Source: Vulcanimicrobiota bacterium (GTDB taxonomy: Bacteria; Vulcanimicrobiota; Vulcanimicrobiia; Vulcanimicrobiales; Vulcanimicrobiaceae). Taken from it: a stretch of 64,000 nucleotides of DNA. Below, in pieces: positions 32,935 through 43,295 of this stretch. The position numbers and the translations under genes were made by a program. How positions within the stretch are numbered: the stretch's first letter is position 1; the number at the start of each line of letters is the position of its first letter. The stretch lies in contig CAVRQT010000002.1 in NCBI GenBank assembly GCA_963723515.1, positions 96,001-160,000 of the forward strand, in the 5' to 3' direction. The notes under the pieces are model-generated. The model was not told the origin of the DNA. It did no database searches and worked only from the letters and a program-made list of their open reading frames with translations.

Positions 32935-34031
32935 TTGAGCGCAGCTACCGTCGTCGTTTTAGAAGGCGATCAAACCGGTCAGGAGTTGCTGCTGGAAGCA
33001 TTGCGCCTTCTGGATCGCTCGGTTATTGACGTCGATCTCGATCTGGAGCGCTACGATCTCTCACTCGAGAACCGTCGCGCAACTGCGAACGCCGTCGTGC
33101 TGGAAGCGGCAGAGGCAATCAAAGGGCACAAGTTCGGAATCAAAGCCGCAACGATTACCCCGGAAAGCAGCGAGGACGTCGGCTCGCCGAACGCGATTTT
33201 GCGGCGCGCGATCGACGGCAAAGTGATCGTACGGACTGGGCGACGCCTTCCCAAAGTGCGGCCTGTCGCGGGAATTCATGCGCCAATTTCGGTGGTGCGG
33301 ATGGCAGTCGGCGATGCGTACGGCGCACAAGAGTGGCGCGACGGAAAAGGCAACGACGAAGCGGCCTTTCGCACCGAACGCATCGAGCGCGGCGTCTGCC
33401 GAGCCGTCGCCGAGTTCGCATTCGTGCACGCAAAAAAGATGGACGCGAAAGTCTTCGGCGGCCCAAAGTATACCGTCAGCCCCGTGTACGAAGGCATGTT
33501 AAAGGAAGAAATGGATTTAGCGGCCGCGCGTCATCCGGAAGTGGCGTACGACCCGCAATTGATCGACGCGACGTACGCGCTGCTGATTTCAAGCCCTGGC
33601 GATGCGATGGTCATTCCGTCGCTGAACCGCGATGGGGATTGCCTTTCGGACCTCGTCATGCAATTGTTCGGGTCGATTGCGGGCGCTGAATCCGTCTTGC
33701 TGGGGTTCGACACGTCGACGCTGCTCAACGCAGGTCGCAGTTGAAGCCGACAGTCGTCGTTTCGGAAGCACCGCATGGAACGGCACCGGGTCTGCATGGC
33801 CGCAACGTCGCCAATCCAATGGCGATGATCCTTGCCGCGGCGGCACTGCTTTCGTACATTGAAGATCGACGCGCATCGCAAGCATCGCGCGCGATTTACG
33901 AAGCGACGCTGGAAACCGTACACGAAGGCATTGCCACGGCAGATCTCGGCGGCACCGCATCAACGAGCGAATTTACGGACGCGGTAATTGAGGGGGTCAA
34001 GCGTAAGCTGGACGTGTGGTCGAGCCTTTAA
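32935..34031 (+). CDS. Isocitrate/isopropylmalate dehydrogenase family protein; frameshift near 33730
   Basis: LEGDQTGQE, KAATITP, SPNAILR, NRDGDCLSD, EAPHGTAP, ANPMAMI. Confidence 0.9.
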
Positions 34032-34045
34032 AGTTATTGCCACCC

Positions 34046-34293
34046 TGTCACGCTGAGCTATTCTGTCACCGAAGGGCCACCGCAATCTTAGTCAAGCGGT
34101 GGTTACGGTGTCACATTGAGCTTGTCGAAATGTGACATCACCTCAAATCATGCTTCGATGCTTCGACGTCGCTCAGCACAGGCTAAGCTCAGCATGACAC
34201 CGGGACGATCTCAGTTCGCATGATTTCAGTGGCGCGAGCGCGTTGATCAAGATTACGGTTACCCTTCGACAAGCTCAATGTGACACTGGGACT
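34046..34293. repeat. Cluster of nested REP-like repeats between convergent genes
   Basis: TGTCACGCTGAGCT, GTGTCACATTGAGCTTGTCGAA, AAGCTCAGCATGACACCGGG, TTCGACAAGCTCAATGTGACACTGGGACT. Confidence 0.75.
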
Positions 34294-35173
34294 AGCGCAA
34301 ACTCGGATCGAGAGCGTCGCGGAGGCCGTCGCCAAGCAAGTTGAATCCGAGCACCATCGTGGTGATCGCAACGCCCGGGAAGATCAGCGCCCACGGCGCC
34401 GACAACCAATAATCGCGCGCATCATTTAACATCGCTCCCCACTCGGGCGATGGCGGCCGCGCGCCGAGCCCGAGATACGACAACCCCGCAGCCTCAAGCT
34501 CAGCGGTCGCAACCCCGAGTGTTGCTTGAACGAGCAGCGGCGCGAGGATGTTCGGCAAGATGTGCCGCCACAGAATGCGCGGCAGCAACGCGCCGAGAGC
34601 GCGAGCGGCTTCAACATATTCCAAATTCTTGATCGCGAGCACCGAAGAACGGGCAAGCCGCGCATACTGCGGAATATAGACGATACCGACGGCGATCATC
34701 AGATTGTTGATGCTCGGTCCCAAGATCGTCGTGATGCCGATTGCCAAAATGATCGACGGAAAGGCGAGCATCAGATCCATCGCCGCCATGAGCACGCTCT
34801 CGAGTTTGCCGCCGACGTAGCCAGCAAGAACCCCAACGAGCGTACCAACCGTAATCGCAAGCCCGACTGCCAAGAAGCCGATGCGAATCGATATGCGCGC
34901 CCCGTATACAATGCGCGCGAAGATGTCGCGCCCCAGCTTGTCCGTTCCCATCAAGTGGTGAAGCGTGGGTCGCGACGCCTGGTGCGCGAGATCTTGTGCC
35001 AGAGGATCGCTATGCGCGAGCAGCGGCGCCAGCATCGCTGCGGCTGCGATGGCACACACGATCAACAATCCGATCACGGTACCCGGCGATCGGCGCAAAC
35101 GGACCCAGACGTCGACGAAGTAACTGCGCGATGCCGGCGCAAGCTCTTGCTGTTCGGAGAGCGTAATCTCCAA
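34292..35173 (-). CDS. Peptide ABC transporter permease (DppC/OppC)
   Basis: HLMGTDKLGRD, YVEAARALG, HILPN, SYLGLG, PEWG, NLLGDGLRDALDP. Confidence 0.93.
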   Translation of the reverse strand: MEITLSEQQELAPASRSYFVDVWVRLRRSPGTVIGLLIVCAIAAAAMLAPLLAHSDPLAQDLAHQASRPTLHHLMGTDKLGRDIFARIVYGARISIRIGFLAVGLAITVGTLVGVLAGYVGGKLESVLMAAMDLMLAFPSIILAIGITTILGPSINNLMIAVGIVYIPQYARLARSSVLAIKNLEYVEAARALGALLPRILWRHILPNILAPLLVQATLGVATAELEAAGLSYLGLGARPPSPEWGAMLNDARDYWLSAPWALIFPGVAITTMVLGFNLLGDGLRDALDPSLR

Positions 35174-35176
35174 ACG

Positions 35177-36913
35177 CTAGATTTCCATTACGACCGGAAT
35201 CACGATTGGGCGGCGTTTGGTGCGGGCGTACACCGACTCGGCGAGCCCGGTTCGGATGTGCTCCTTGACCGTGTTGACGTCGCGGATGCCTTCCACCGAG
35301 CAGTTCTCGATGATGCGAACGAGCTCACCGCGCAGTTCGGAAAGAACGCCGTCTGATTCCGCGAGGTAGAAGACACCGCGCGTCACGAGATCGGGTCCCG
35401 CAATCACGCGCGCCTGAGCGCTGTCGATCGTGACGACGACCATCATGATGCCGTCATTCGAAAGCGCTTTGCGATCGCGCAATACACCGTCGCCGACATC
35501 ACCGACACCCGATCCATCGACCATGACATGGCCACCGTACGTCCTGCCGATCTTATCACCGCCGCGCGCTGTGAACTGGAGCACGTCGCCGTCTTCGGCC
35601 AAGAAGACGTTCTCAGGCAAGACGCCGGTGCGCATGGCCAACTGTCCGTGCTGGACCAGCATCCGGTATTCGCCGTGCAGCGGCATGAAGTACGTCGGCC
35701 GGATCAAGTTGAGCATCAAGAGCAGCTCTTCTTGCGACGCATGTCCTGAAACGTGCGCCCGCCCATCGGTTCCGTGAATGACCGTCGCGCCGAGCTTGTA
35801 CAAATTGTTGATCGTGCGGTAAACGCTCTTCTCGTTTCCCGGAATTGGCGTGGCACTGACGACGATCGTATCGCCCGGTACGATTTTGAGCAGACGATGG
35901 TCGCGAACCGCAAGCCGCGAGAGCGCCGACATCGGCTCGCCCTGCGAGCCGGTCGTCATGACGACGATCCGCTCGGGCGGATAATCATCGACTTCCTCGA
36001 TTTTCACGACGGCAGCTGACGGAATTTCTAAGTATCCTAATCCGGACGCGTGCTGAACGACCCGCACGAGCGAACGCCCTAAGAATGCGATCTTGCGATC
36101 GAACTCGATCGCATGATCGACCGCCTGCTGAATGCGCGGCACGTTCGACGCAAACGATGCGATGATCAAACGGCCTTTCGCATGCGAAAAGATCGACGTG
36201 AACGCTTCGCCGACGATGCGTTCGGAAAGCGTATGACCGGGGCGTTCGGCATTCGTGCTGTCCGAGAGCATGCAAAGTACGCCCGCATCTCCCACTTTCG
36301 CGATCGCCGCAAAATCGGGCGGCTGTCCGTCGATGGGCGTTTGATCGAATTTGAAGTCGCCGGTATGAAAGATCGTTCCAACCGGTGTTTGCACGGCGAG
36401 CGCGCACGCGCCGGCCACCGAGTGGTTCACATGAATGAACTCCGCGCGAATCGAGCCATATTCGACCGTGTTTCCAGGCTCAATCGCGCGAAAATTGGAA
36501 TCATCAAACCGATGTTCGCGCGCCTTCGCCTTGATCAGCGCGAGCGAGAGCGGCGTGCCGACGATAGGCACATCGAACTCACGCAAGAGATACGGAATGC
36601 CGCCGATGTGATCTTCATGCCCGTGCGTGACCAAGAGCGCGCGAAACTTCTCTCGATGTTCGCGCAAGTACGTGAAGTCGTTGATGACGATGTCGACGCC
36701 GTACATCTCATCGTCCGGGAACATCAAGCCGCAGTCGATCGCGATCAGATCGTCGTTCGTTTCGATAAGCGTCATGTTGCGGCCGATTTCGCCGCATCCG
36801 CCGAGGGGAATGACGCGCGTGTACGGCTCGGCGGGCGGCGCCGGCAAGAGCAGCGTGTCTTGCGGAGCGGCAGCCTCAGCGTGAACGGACAACGATGCGT
36901 TCTCGACGGTCAA
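35177..36913 (-). CDS. rnj: Ribonuclease J (start uncertain)
   Basis: PLGGCGEIGRNM, THGHEDHIG, HTGDFK, DSTNA, GSQGEP, HVSGH. Confidence 0.95.
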   Translation of the reverse strand: MTVENASLSVHAEAAAPQDTLLLPAPPAEPYTRVIPLGGCGEIGRNMTLIETNDDLIAIDCGLMFPDDEMYGVDIVINDFTYLREHREKFRALLVTHGHEDHIGGIPYLLREFDVPIVGTPLSLALIKAKAREHRFDDSNFRAIEPGNTVEYGSIRAEFIHVNHSVAGACALAVQTPVGTIFHTGDFKFDQTPIDGQPPDFAAIAKVGDAGVLCMLSDSTNAERPGHTLSERIVGEAFTSIFSHAKGRLIIASFASNVPRIQQAVDHAIEFDRKIAFLGRSLVRVVQHASGLGYLEIPSAAVVKIEEVDDYPPERIVVMTTGSQGEPMSALSRLAVRDHRLLKIVPGDTIVVSATPIPGNEKSVYRTINNLYKLGATVIHGTDGRAHVSGHASQEELLLMLNLIRPTYFMPLHGEYRMLVQHGQLAMRTGVLPENVFLAEDGDVLQFTARGGDKIGRTYGGHVMVDGSGVGDVGDGVLRDRKALSNDGIMMVVVTIDSAQARVIAGPDLVTRGVFYLAESDGVLSELRGELVRIIENCSVEGIRDVNTVKEHIRTGLAESVYARTKRRPIVIPVVMEI

Positions 36914-37176
36914 TTGGATGGGTGGCGTTTGTGCTTTGTGCTTTCATCTCGTTTGGCGCTTCAGCGCCGGCTGACGCGAAGCATTCTCGCACCCGCGCGA
37001 GAGCACACTCGACGCCGGCGCCCTCACTCGATATGTATTCGCGCCGCGCATTGCGGCGTGCGCGAACGATCTTGCAACTCAAACTGTTGGAGTTGCGCGA
37101 GGAACGGCTCGACCGCGCGCGTCGCGTGATCGAGAAAAATCTGCCCCCCAACGCGTTGTTCTCGCGCGGGCCGTAA
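36895..37176 (+). CDS. Possible small secreted hypothetical protein
   Basis: Signal-peptide-like N-terminus; overlaps the putative rnj start. Confidence 0.3.
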   Translation: MRSRRSIGWVAFVLCAFISFGASAPADAKHSRTRARAHSTPAPSLDMYSRRALRRARTILQLKLLELREERLDRARRVIEKNLPPNALFSRGP

Positions 37177-37229
37177 GGACAGAGCGCACCAGGCAGCGCT
37201 GCGCGCCGCGATGAACCACCGGACCGCCG

Positions 37230-37964
37230 ATGACGAACGACGTTTCCGCGGCCGACCAAAGCAGCGGCCTGATGACTGCCTTGCAGATCGTTGCCGCGCC
37301 CCGCGCCGCTCTCGAGCGCCTCCGCATTGCGCCGACATGGGGTTGGGCGTTTCTCATCGCGGCAATCCTCGGAGCGCTTGGGACGCTCCTCTCGGTCCCC
37401 GCCGCGCTGCATTCCATCTCGGCCTCCATGGCGCGTGAGATGGCAGTCAATCCGAGCTATGCGCAACTGAGCGTTACCCAACGGCATCAGATCGTCGCGG
37501 CGACGCTCTTTGCCGTTCGTTACGGCTGGGCGCTTGTTCCGTTCGTGCTGCTGCTCAGTGTACTGCTACAGACCGTTATCTTGCTGATCTTCAATGCAAT
37601 CGGCCGCGGCAAAAGCAATTTCCGGACGCTCTGGGCGTCGCTGATGAACATCGCGATTCCGGGGTTCGGTCTGTACCTTCTTGCAGGAGGCATTATCGCG
37701 GTGATCCGCGGACCGAATGCGTACAATTCGGCGCTCGACTCCTTTCTGGCGATGCCCAGTCTGGCGTGGCTCGCCACGCATTCCGGCTCGGCGACGATCG
37801 CCTTCTTATCTGCATTTAATCCGTTTTCAATTTGGGCATTCGCTCTGACGGTTGCGACGATGATCGTCGTCGCACGAACGTCGGTGCCGCTCGCGTACGC
37901 CTCCTCCGCCGTGATTCTTGTGATCGGCGCGCTTGTGTCGATGTGGGGCGGAGCGAGGACCTAG
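37230..37964 (+). CDS. YIP1 family membrane protein
   Basis: IVAAPRAALERLRIAPTW, several TM helices, NPFSIW. Confidence 0.75.
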   Translation: MTNDVSAADQSSGLMTALQIVAAPRAALERLRIAPTWGWAFLIAAILGALGTLLSVPAALHSISASMAREMAVNPSYAQLSVTQRHQIVAATLFAVRYGWALVPFVLLLSVLLQTVILLIFNAIGRGKSNFRTLWASLMNIAIPGFGLYLLAGGIIAVIRGPNAYNSALDSFLAMPSLAWLATHSGSATIAFLSAFNPFSIWAFALTVATMIVVARTSVPLAYASSAVILVIGALVSMWGGART

Positions 37965-37981
37965 TCCCAGTGCTTCCGATG

Positions 37982-38097
37982 GATTGACGCGCTATTTTTT
38001 CGCAGGTCTAGGCGACGACCGAAGCCGACGCGTACTCTTTTGCCACGTACGTGAGGCTTCGGGCAACAACGAGCTGCGGAAAAAGAGCCGGCCAAGC
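37982..38097 (+). repeat. About 115-bp palindromic repeat element, copy A
   Basis: GATTGACGCGCTATTTTTTCGCAGG...CTGCGGAAAAAGAGCCGGCCAAGC; inverted copy at 39389-39500. Confidence 0.8.
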
Positions 38098-38105
38098 CAC
38101 CTTCA

Positions 38106-38130
38106 GGAACCTTTTTGCGTTCTTAGGGTA
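38106..38130 (+). promoter_or_regulatory. Putative ECF-sigma promoter of htrA
   Basis: GGAAC-N16-GGTA, same as upstream of dnaK. Confidence 0.45.
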
Positions 38131-38181
38131 GGAAAGACAAGTGAAATCACTTCTGAAGATTAGGATAGGATCGGTTTCGAT

Positions 38182-39387
38182 ATGAAGAGTCGTTTGTTGC
38201 CGACATTGATCGTAGCGCTTTCAGGCGCCGTCGTCGGTAGTTTCGCGATGATGCTGTACGCCAGCACACACTTTGCCAATGTCGCCGGCCCCAATAATAC
38301 GCCGCCCGCGATTTCTGCTGCACCGGTGTACACCGGCGCAAGCGATCAGGACCGGATCGTCAGTGCGGTAAAACGCGTCGAGCCGTCCGTGGTCGCCATC
38401 AACTTGGCCGTCAACGGACAGCAAGTAGTTCCGATGGACCCGTTTTCACAGTTCTTCGGGCAAGCGCCCGTTCAGCGCTACCAAGCGCGCGCATCGGGTT
38501 CTGGTTTCGTCTTTCGAAGCAACGGTGAAATCATCACCAACGCGCATGTTGTCACGGCGCCGAACAACGCGTCGATATCGCGGCTGGAAGTGATCTTCCA
38601 TAACGGCGATCACGTCCCGGCCCACGTGATCTCGACGAATATCAATGCCGACCTCGCCCTAATAAAGGTAGACAATTATTCGAAGTTGCCGCCTCCCGTT
38701 GAACTCGGCAACTCCGACCGGCTTGAAGCCGGACAGTGGGCGATCGCGATCGGCGAACCCCTTCAGTTGCAACATAGCGTCACCGTCGGTGTCATCTCAG
38801 GCTTCAATCGTGAAGAGCCGATCCGCGATGAAAATGGGGGCTACATCGACTTCAAGGGGCTCTTGCAAACATCGGCTCCGATCAACCCCGGCAACTCCGG
38901 CGGCCCGCTGGTAGACATCGACGGCAACGTGATCGGCATCAACCAATCGACTGCTGCGCCTTCGACCGCGCAGGGCATCGGCTTTGCAATTCCATCGAAC
39001 GTCGTGCGGGCGCAAGTCGGCGGCCTCGAGAGCAATCCTGGCGTGCATCAGGGCACGAACGTCGGCTTCATCGGTGCGCAGCTCGGCTCGCTGAACAGCG
39101 CCGTGCGCCAGCAGATCGGCTACAACGGGCCGAGCGGCGTGGTGGTGGCTCAAGTGCTTTCGGGGACGCCCGCCGATCAGGCCGGACTGCAGCCCGGCGA
39201 TGTTATCTTGCGGGCAAACGGCCAAGCCGTCTCAGATCCGCAACGGCTAATCACCCTCATCCGCTCGACGAAGCCCGGCGAACACCTCAGCCTGGAGGTG
39301 TGGTCGCGCGGTGTCAAGCGGCTTGCGAGCCTCAGCGTAAGCGAACGGCCGGCGGACTACTACCAGCCGCAGCCACAGCAACCGTAA
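38182..39387 (+). CDS. htrA: HtrA/DegP family serine protease with one PDZ domain
   Basis: GSGFV, ITNAHVV, DLAL, INPGNSGGPL, GIGFAIP, PDZ. Confidence 0.95.
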   Translation: MKSRLLPTLIVALSGAVVGSFAMMLYASTHFANVAGPNNTPPAISAAPVYTGASDQDRIVSAVKRVEPSVVAINLAVNGQQVVPMDPFSQFFGQAPVQRYQARASGSGFVFRSNGEIITNAHVVTAPNNASISRLEVIFHNGDHVPAHVISTNINADLALIKVDNYSKLPPPVELGNSDRLEAGQWAIAIGEPLQLQHSVTVGVISGFNREEPIRDENGGYIDFKGLLQTSAPINPGNSGGPLVDIDGNVIGINQSTAAPSTAQGIGFAIPSNVVRAQVGGLESNPGVHQGTNVGFIGAQLGSLNSAVRQQIGYNGPSGVVVAQVLSGTPADQAGLQPGDVILRANGQAVSDPQRLITLIRSTKPGEHLSLEVWSRGVKRLASLSVSERPADYYQPQPQQP

Positions 39388-39388
39388 T

Positions 39389-39500
39389 GCTTGACGGGCT
39401 CTTTTTCCGCGGCTCGTCGTTGCCCGCAGCTTCACGTACGGCATAAGAAGTACGCGTCGGCCTCGGTCGCCTAGACCCGCGAAAAAATAGCCCGTCAATC
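39389..39500 (-). repeat. About 115-bp palindromic repeat element, copy B (inverted relative to A)
   Basis: Reverse complement GATTGACGGGCTATTTTTTCGCGGGTCTAGGCGACCGAGGCCGACGCGTAC... aligns with copy A. Confidence 0.8.
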
Positions 39501-39555
39501 ATAGTTGAGAGGGCAGTCCTGCAACCTCCGTGATGCAGGGCTTGTCTTATGTACT

Positions 39556-39580
39556 GGAACTAGAGTGGGCCGACCAGGTA
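39556..39580 (+). promoter_or_regulatory. Putative ECF-sigma promoter of the dnaK operon
   Basis: GGAAC-N16-GGTA. Confidence 0.45.
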
Positions 39581-39748
39581 CTATGGTCGGTACCTAATTT
39601 ATCCTGACAGCCAGTAAGCGGCAAGGCGCAGTAACGCTATTTTGGCGGCCCGCCATATTTGGGCCAAGTTGTCGCGAAACGCGCAACTAAGTCAAAGTAT
39701 ATGTGAACGGCTGGTCCGTGGCTGCGGAAAGAGAGTGAAGATTTAGAT

Positions 39749-41608
39749 ATGGCAAAAGTGGTCGGCATAGATCTCGGCACGACAAACTCTGTCGTCGCCG
39801 TGATGGAAGGCACCCAGCCAACCGTCATTGCTAATGCCGAAGGCAGTCGAACGACGCCTTCGGTTGTTGCATTTACCAAAACCGGCGAACGGCTCGTCGG
39901 ACAACTTGCGAAGCGGCAAGCAATCACCAACCCCGATCGGACGATTTCTTCGATTAAACGCCACATGGGCGAAGGCGACTATCGCATCAAGATCGACGGC
40001 AAGGATTACACGCCGCAAGAAATCTCCGCGATGATTCTGCAAAAGCTCGTCAACGACGCTTCAAACTATCTCGGCGAACGCGTGACCAAAGCGGTGATCA
40101 CGACGCCCGCATACTTCAACGATGCTCAGCGGCAAGCGACCAAAGACGCCGGAAAAATCGCCGGCCTCGACGTGCTGCGTATCATCAATGAGCCGACGGC
40201 GGCTGCCCTCGCATACGGCCTCGACAAGAAGGGCAACGAAACGATTCTTGTCTGGGATCTCGGCGGCGGAACCTTCGACGTTTCGATCTTGGAAGTCGGC
40301 GACGGTGTCTTCGAAGTGAAGGCCACCAACGGCGACACACATTTAGGCGGCGATGACTACGATCGTCGCATCGTCGATTATTTAGCAGACGAATTCCGTA
40401 AGGACCAAGGGATCGATCTGAGCACCGACCGTCAAGCAATGCAACGCCTGACCGAAGCGGCCGAGAAAGCGAAGATCGAATTGTCATCGGTCGTTCAAAC
40501 GAACATCAATCTGCCGTTTATCACGGCAGACCAGAATGGACCGAAGCACCTCGATCTCACGCTTACGCGCGCAAAATTCGAGGAGCTCACCAGCGACCTG
40601 ACGGACCGTTGCGTCCAACCGTTCAAGAACGCGATTGCCGATGCCAAGCTCGACGTCTCGAAGATCAATGAAGTGATCTTGGTCGGCGGCGCAACCCGCA
40701 TGCCGGTGATTCAGGAACTCGTTCGCAAGTTGACCGGAAAAGATCCCAATCAGTCGGTCAATCCGGATGAGGTCGTGGCGGTCGGCGCGGCAATTCAGGC
40801 AGGCGTCCTGGCGGGCGAAGTTCGCGACGTCGTCTTGCTCGATGTGACGCCGCTTTCACTGGGTCTGGAAACACTCGGCGGCGTCATGACGACGCTGATC
40901 GAGCGCAACACGACGATTCCCACGCGCAAGACGCAAGTCTTTACGACGGCTGAAGATGGCCAGACGTCAGTTGACATCCACGTCCTGCAAGGCGAGCGCC
41001 CGATGGCTGCGGATAACAAGACGCTGGCGCGCTTCCGCCTCGAAGGCATTCCGGCTGCGCCGCGCGGCGTACCGCAGATTGAAGTCACCTTCAACATCGA
41101 TGCGAACGGCATCGTGAACGTCTCCGCTAAAGATCTCGGGACCGGACGCGAGCAGCAGATCACGATCACGGCAACGACCAATCTCAGCAAAGAAGAGATC
41201 GACAGCATGGTCAAGCAAGCTGAAGCTTCGGCGGCCGAGGACGAGCGCAAACGCGAAGAAGCCGAAGTGCGCAATCAGGCCAGCAGCTTGATCTATTCGA
41301 CCGAAAAATCGCTGAAGGAAGTCGGCGACAAGCTCGATGCCGGCGCTCGCGGTGATGTCGAAACGGCGCTGGCTGAGCTGCGGCGTATCTCCGAAAATGG
41401 AACGGTCGCTGAAATTAAACCTGCGATCGAAAAGCTGCAGCAAGCCAGTTATAAGATGGCCGAGTTGCTCTACCAGAAGACGCAGACCGCCGGCGCCACA
41501 TCCGGCAACGGCGCAAGTTCGGAGCAAGAAGCCGCAAGCGGCGAGACCGCCGGCACGCAGACTCCAAACGAAGACGTCATCGACGCCGAGTTCAAGGAAA
41601 GCAAGTAA
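39749..41608 (+). CDS. dnaK: Chaperone DnaK
   Basis: [41 protein letters not shown]-terminus. Confidence 0.99.
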   Translation: MAKVVGIDLGTTNSVVAVMEGTQPTVIANAEGSRTTPSVVAFTKTGERLVGQLAKRQAITNPDRTISSIKRHMGEGDYRIKIDGKDYTPQEISAMILQKLVNDASNYLGERVTKAVITTPAYFNDAQRQATKDAGKIAGLDVLRIINEPTAAALAYGLDKKGNETILVWDLGGGTFDVSILEVGDGVFEVKATNGDTHLGGDDYDRRIVDYLADEFRKDQGIDLSTDRQAMQRLTEAAEKAKIELSSVVQTNINLPFITADQNGPKHLDLTLTRAKFEELTSDLTDRCVQPFKNAIADAKLDVSKINEVILVGGATRMPVIQELVRKLTGKDPNQSVNPDEVVAVGAAIQAGVLAGEVRDVVLLDVTPLSLGLETLGGVMTTLIERNTTIPTRKTQVFTTAEDGQTSVDIHVLQGERPMAADNKTLARFRLEGIPAAPRGVPQIEVTFNIDANGIVNVSAKDLGTGREQQITITATTNLSKEEIDSMVKQAEASAAEDERKREEAEVRNQASSLIYSTEKSLKEVGDKLDAGARGDVETALAELRRISENGTVAEIKPAIEKLQQASYKMAELLYQKTQTAGATSGNGASSEQEAASGETAGTQTPNEDVIDAEFKESK

Positions 41609-41620
41609 AGTGCGATGATT

Positions 41621-41650
41621 CCGGGGACGCCGAGCGCGTCCCCGGGTTTC
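41621..41650 (+). terminator. Stem-loop between dnaK and grpE (terminator or stabiliser)
   Basis: CCGGGGACGC-CGAGC-GCGTCCCCGG then GTTTC. Confidence 0.5.
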
Positions 41651-41669
41651 GTCGCCTACTTCGACTCTT

Positions 41670-42239
41670 ATGATGCAAGAAGATCAAACACAGCCTGCGC
41701 AAGCGCAGGAAGAAGTCTCACAAGCCGCCGTTAACGGCGAAGTAGTGGCCGAACCGGCCGATTTGCAGTCGCAACTGGATGCCGCAAACGCGAAGGCGGA
41801 TGAAAACTACAACCGCTTCCTGCTTGCAATGGCGGATTTCGAAAACTTCCGTAAGCGCGTCGATCGGCAGCGCGCCGAAAGCGGCTTGGCGGCGCGCCGC
41901 GCATTGTTGCGGCAACTGCTGCCGGTGATCGACAACCTGCAACGAGCACTGCAATTCGACGACGCCAATGAGGGGCTGCGCAGCGGCGTGCAACAGACCC
42001 TCAAGGGCTTTGAATCCGTATTAGACGCCGAAGGCGTGCGCGCAATCACCGATATTGTCGGCAAGCCGTTCGATCCAAAGCTCGCCGACGCGATTGAGGC
42101 GCGGCCCGCGGATGGCGTTGAAGATGATACCGTTCTCGAAGAGACACTCAAGGGCTACATGCTCGGCGATCAAGTTCTGCGGCCGGCTAAGGTCATCGTC
42201 GCCAAACACAAAGCTGCCGAGGCCGACGATAAGGAATAG
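41670..42239 (+). CDS. grpE: Nucleotide exchange factor GrpE
   Basis: ADFENFRKR, LLPVIDNL, FDP, GYML...LRPAKVIV. Confidence 0.96.
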   Translation: MMQEDQTQPAQAQEEVSQAAVNGEVVAEPADLQSQLDAANAKADENYNRFLLAMADFENFRKRVDRQRAESGLAARRALLRQLLPVIDNLQRALQFDDANEGLRSGVQQTLKGFESVLDAEGVRAITDIVGKPFDPKLADAIEARPADGVEDDTVLEETLKGYMLGDQVLRPAKVIVAKHKAAEADDKE

Positions 42240-42284
42240 TAGGTGTCACGCTCGTGACACTATAGCGACCGGTCTACTGCGCGC

Positions 42285-43286
42285 ATGAACTATAAGAATT
42301 ACTACGACATTCTCGGTGTTCCGAAGAATGCGCCGGAAAAAGACATTAAATCGGCGTATCGCAAGCTCGCGCGCAAATGGCACCCGGATGCAAATCCGCA
42401 AAACGCTCAACAGGCGGAAGAAAAATTTAAGGACATCCAAGAGGCCTACGAGGTCTTAAGCGATCCGGAAAAACGCCGCAAGTACGATGTCCTGGGAAGC
42501 AATTGGCAGCAAGCCGCGCAGCAGGCCGAACAGCAACGCCGCTATCGCACCGCGCAAGGCGAGACCGTTTTCGATTTCGGGGATCTCGGCGGCGCCAGCG
42601 GGTTCTCCGATTTCTTCGACATGTTTTTCTCAGGCGTCGGACGGCGGCCGTCAGCGGGCCGCACCGCTGGCGTTGCGCAGCGCGGTCAAGATCTCGAAAC
42701 GACGATCGACCTTGCGCTGCGCGACGTATTCAGCGGCGGCAAGAAAGCCGTCTCGCTTCAAATTGAAGATCTCTGTCCGACATGTCGCGGCACCGGAACC
42801 CATGGCGGTGAACTCTGTCCGCAATGTCATGGAACGGGACGGCTCCTCAAGAACAAGCGGTTCGATGTGACGATCCCGCGCGGCGTGCGCGAGGGGCAAC
42901 GAATCCGCCTTGCCGGTCAGGGCGGCAGCGGAATCAACGGCGGCCCCGACGGCGACCTCTATTTGGTCGTCAAGTTGCAGGATGATCCGACATACAAACG
43001 TCGCGGCGACGATCTCTTCGTCGATCTGCCGGTAAGCATCTACGATCTGGTACTTGGCGGCGACGTGAGCGTCCCGACGCTGACGGGCCAAGTTCGCATG
43101 ACCATTCCACCCGGAACGCAGAACAACCGAACGCTCCGGCTTTCCGGAAAAGGCATGCCGAAATCGCGCAATGGCGGCACCGGCGATCAATATGTCCGTT
43201 TGCTGGGGCAGCTGCCGCAAAATCTGACTGAAAAAGAGAGAAAGCTCTATTCTGAGCTAGCGGCATTGCGCAACGGCAAGCCGTAA
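42285..43286 (+). CDS. J-domain co-chaperone (CbpA/DnaJ-like) with a short zinc finger
   Basis: YYDILGV, HPD motif, two CxxCxGxG repeats, DnaJ C-terminal domain. Confidence 0.92.
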   Translation: MNYKNYYDILGVPKNAPEKDIKSAYRKLARKWHPDANPQNAQQAEEKFKDIQEAYEVLSDPEKRRKYDVLGSNWQQAAQQAEQQRRYRTAQGETVFDFGDLGGASGFSDFFDMFFSGVGRRPSAGRTAGVAQRGQDLETTIDLALRDVFSGGKKAVSLQIEDLCPTCRGTGTHGGELCPQCHGTGRLLKNKRFDVTIPRGVREGQRIRLAGQGGSGINGGPDGDLYLVVKLQDDPTYKRRGDDLFVDLPVSIYDLVLGGDVSVPTLTGQVRMTIPPGTQNNRTLRLSGKGMPKSRNGGTGDQYVRLLGQLPQNLTEKERKLYSELAALRNGKP

Positions 43287-43295
43287 AATAAGGTA

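Noticed and set aside
34046..34293. CRISPR array
   Set aside because: Repeats are inverted, degenerate and irregularly spaced; no cas genes
36113..37129. Long antisense ORFs (e.g. 36113-37129, 34526-35356, 58797-59612)
   Set aside because: Shadow frames opposite well-supported genes in high-GC DNA; no motifs
39505..39748. CIRCE or HAIR operator before dnaK
   Set aside because: No TTAGCACTC-N9-GAGTGCTAA; only a half-match CTAGAGT to HAIR
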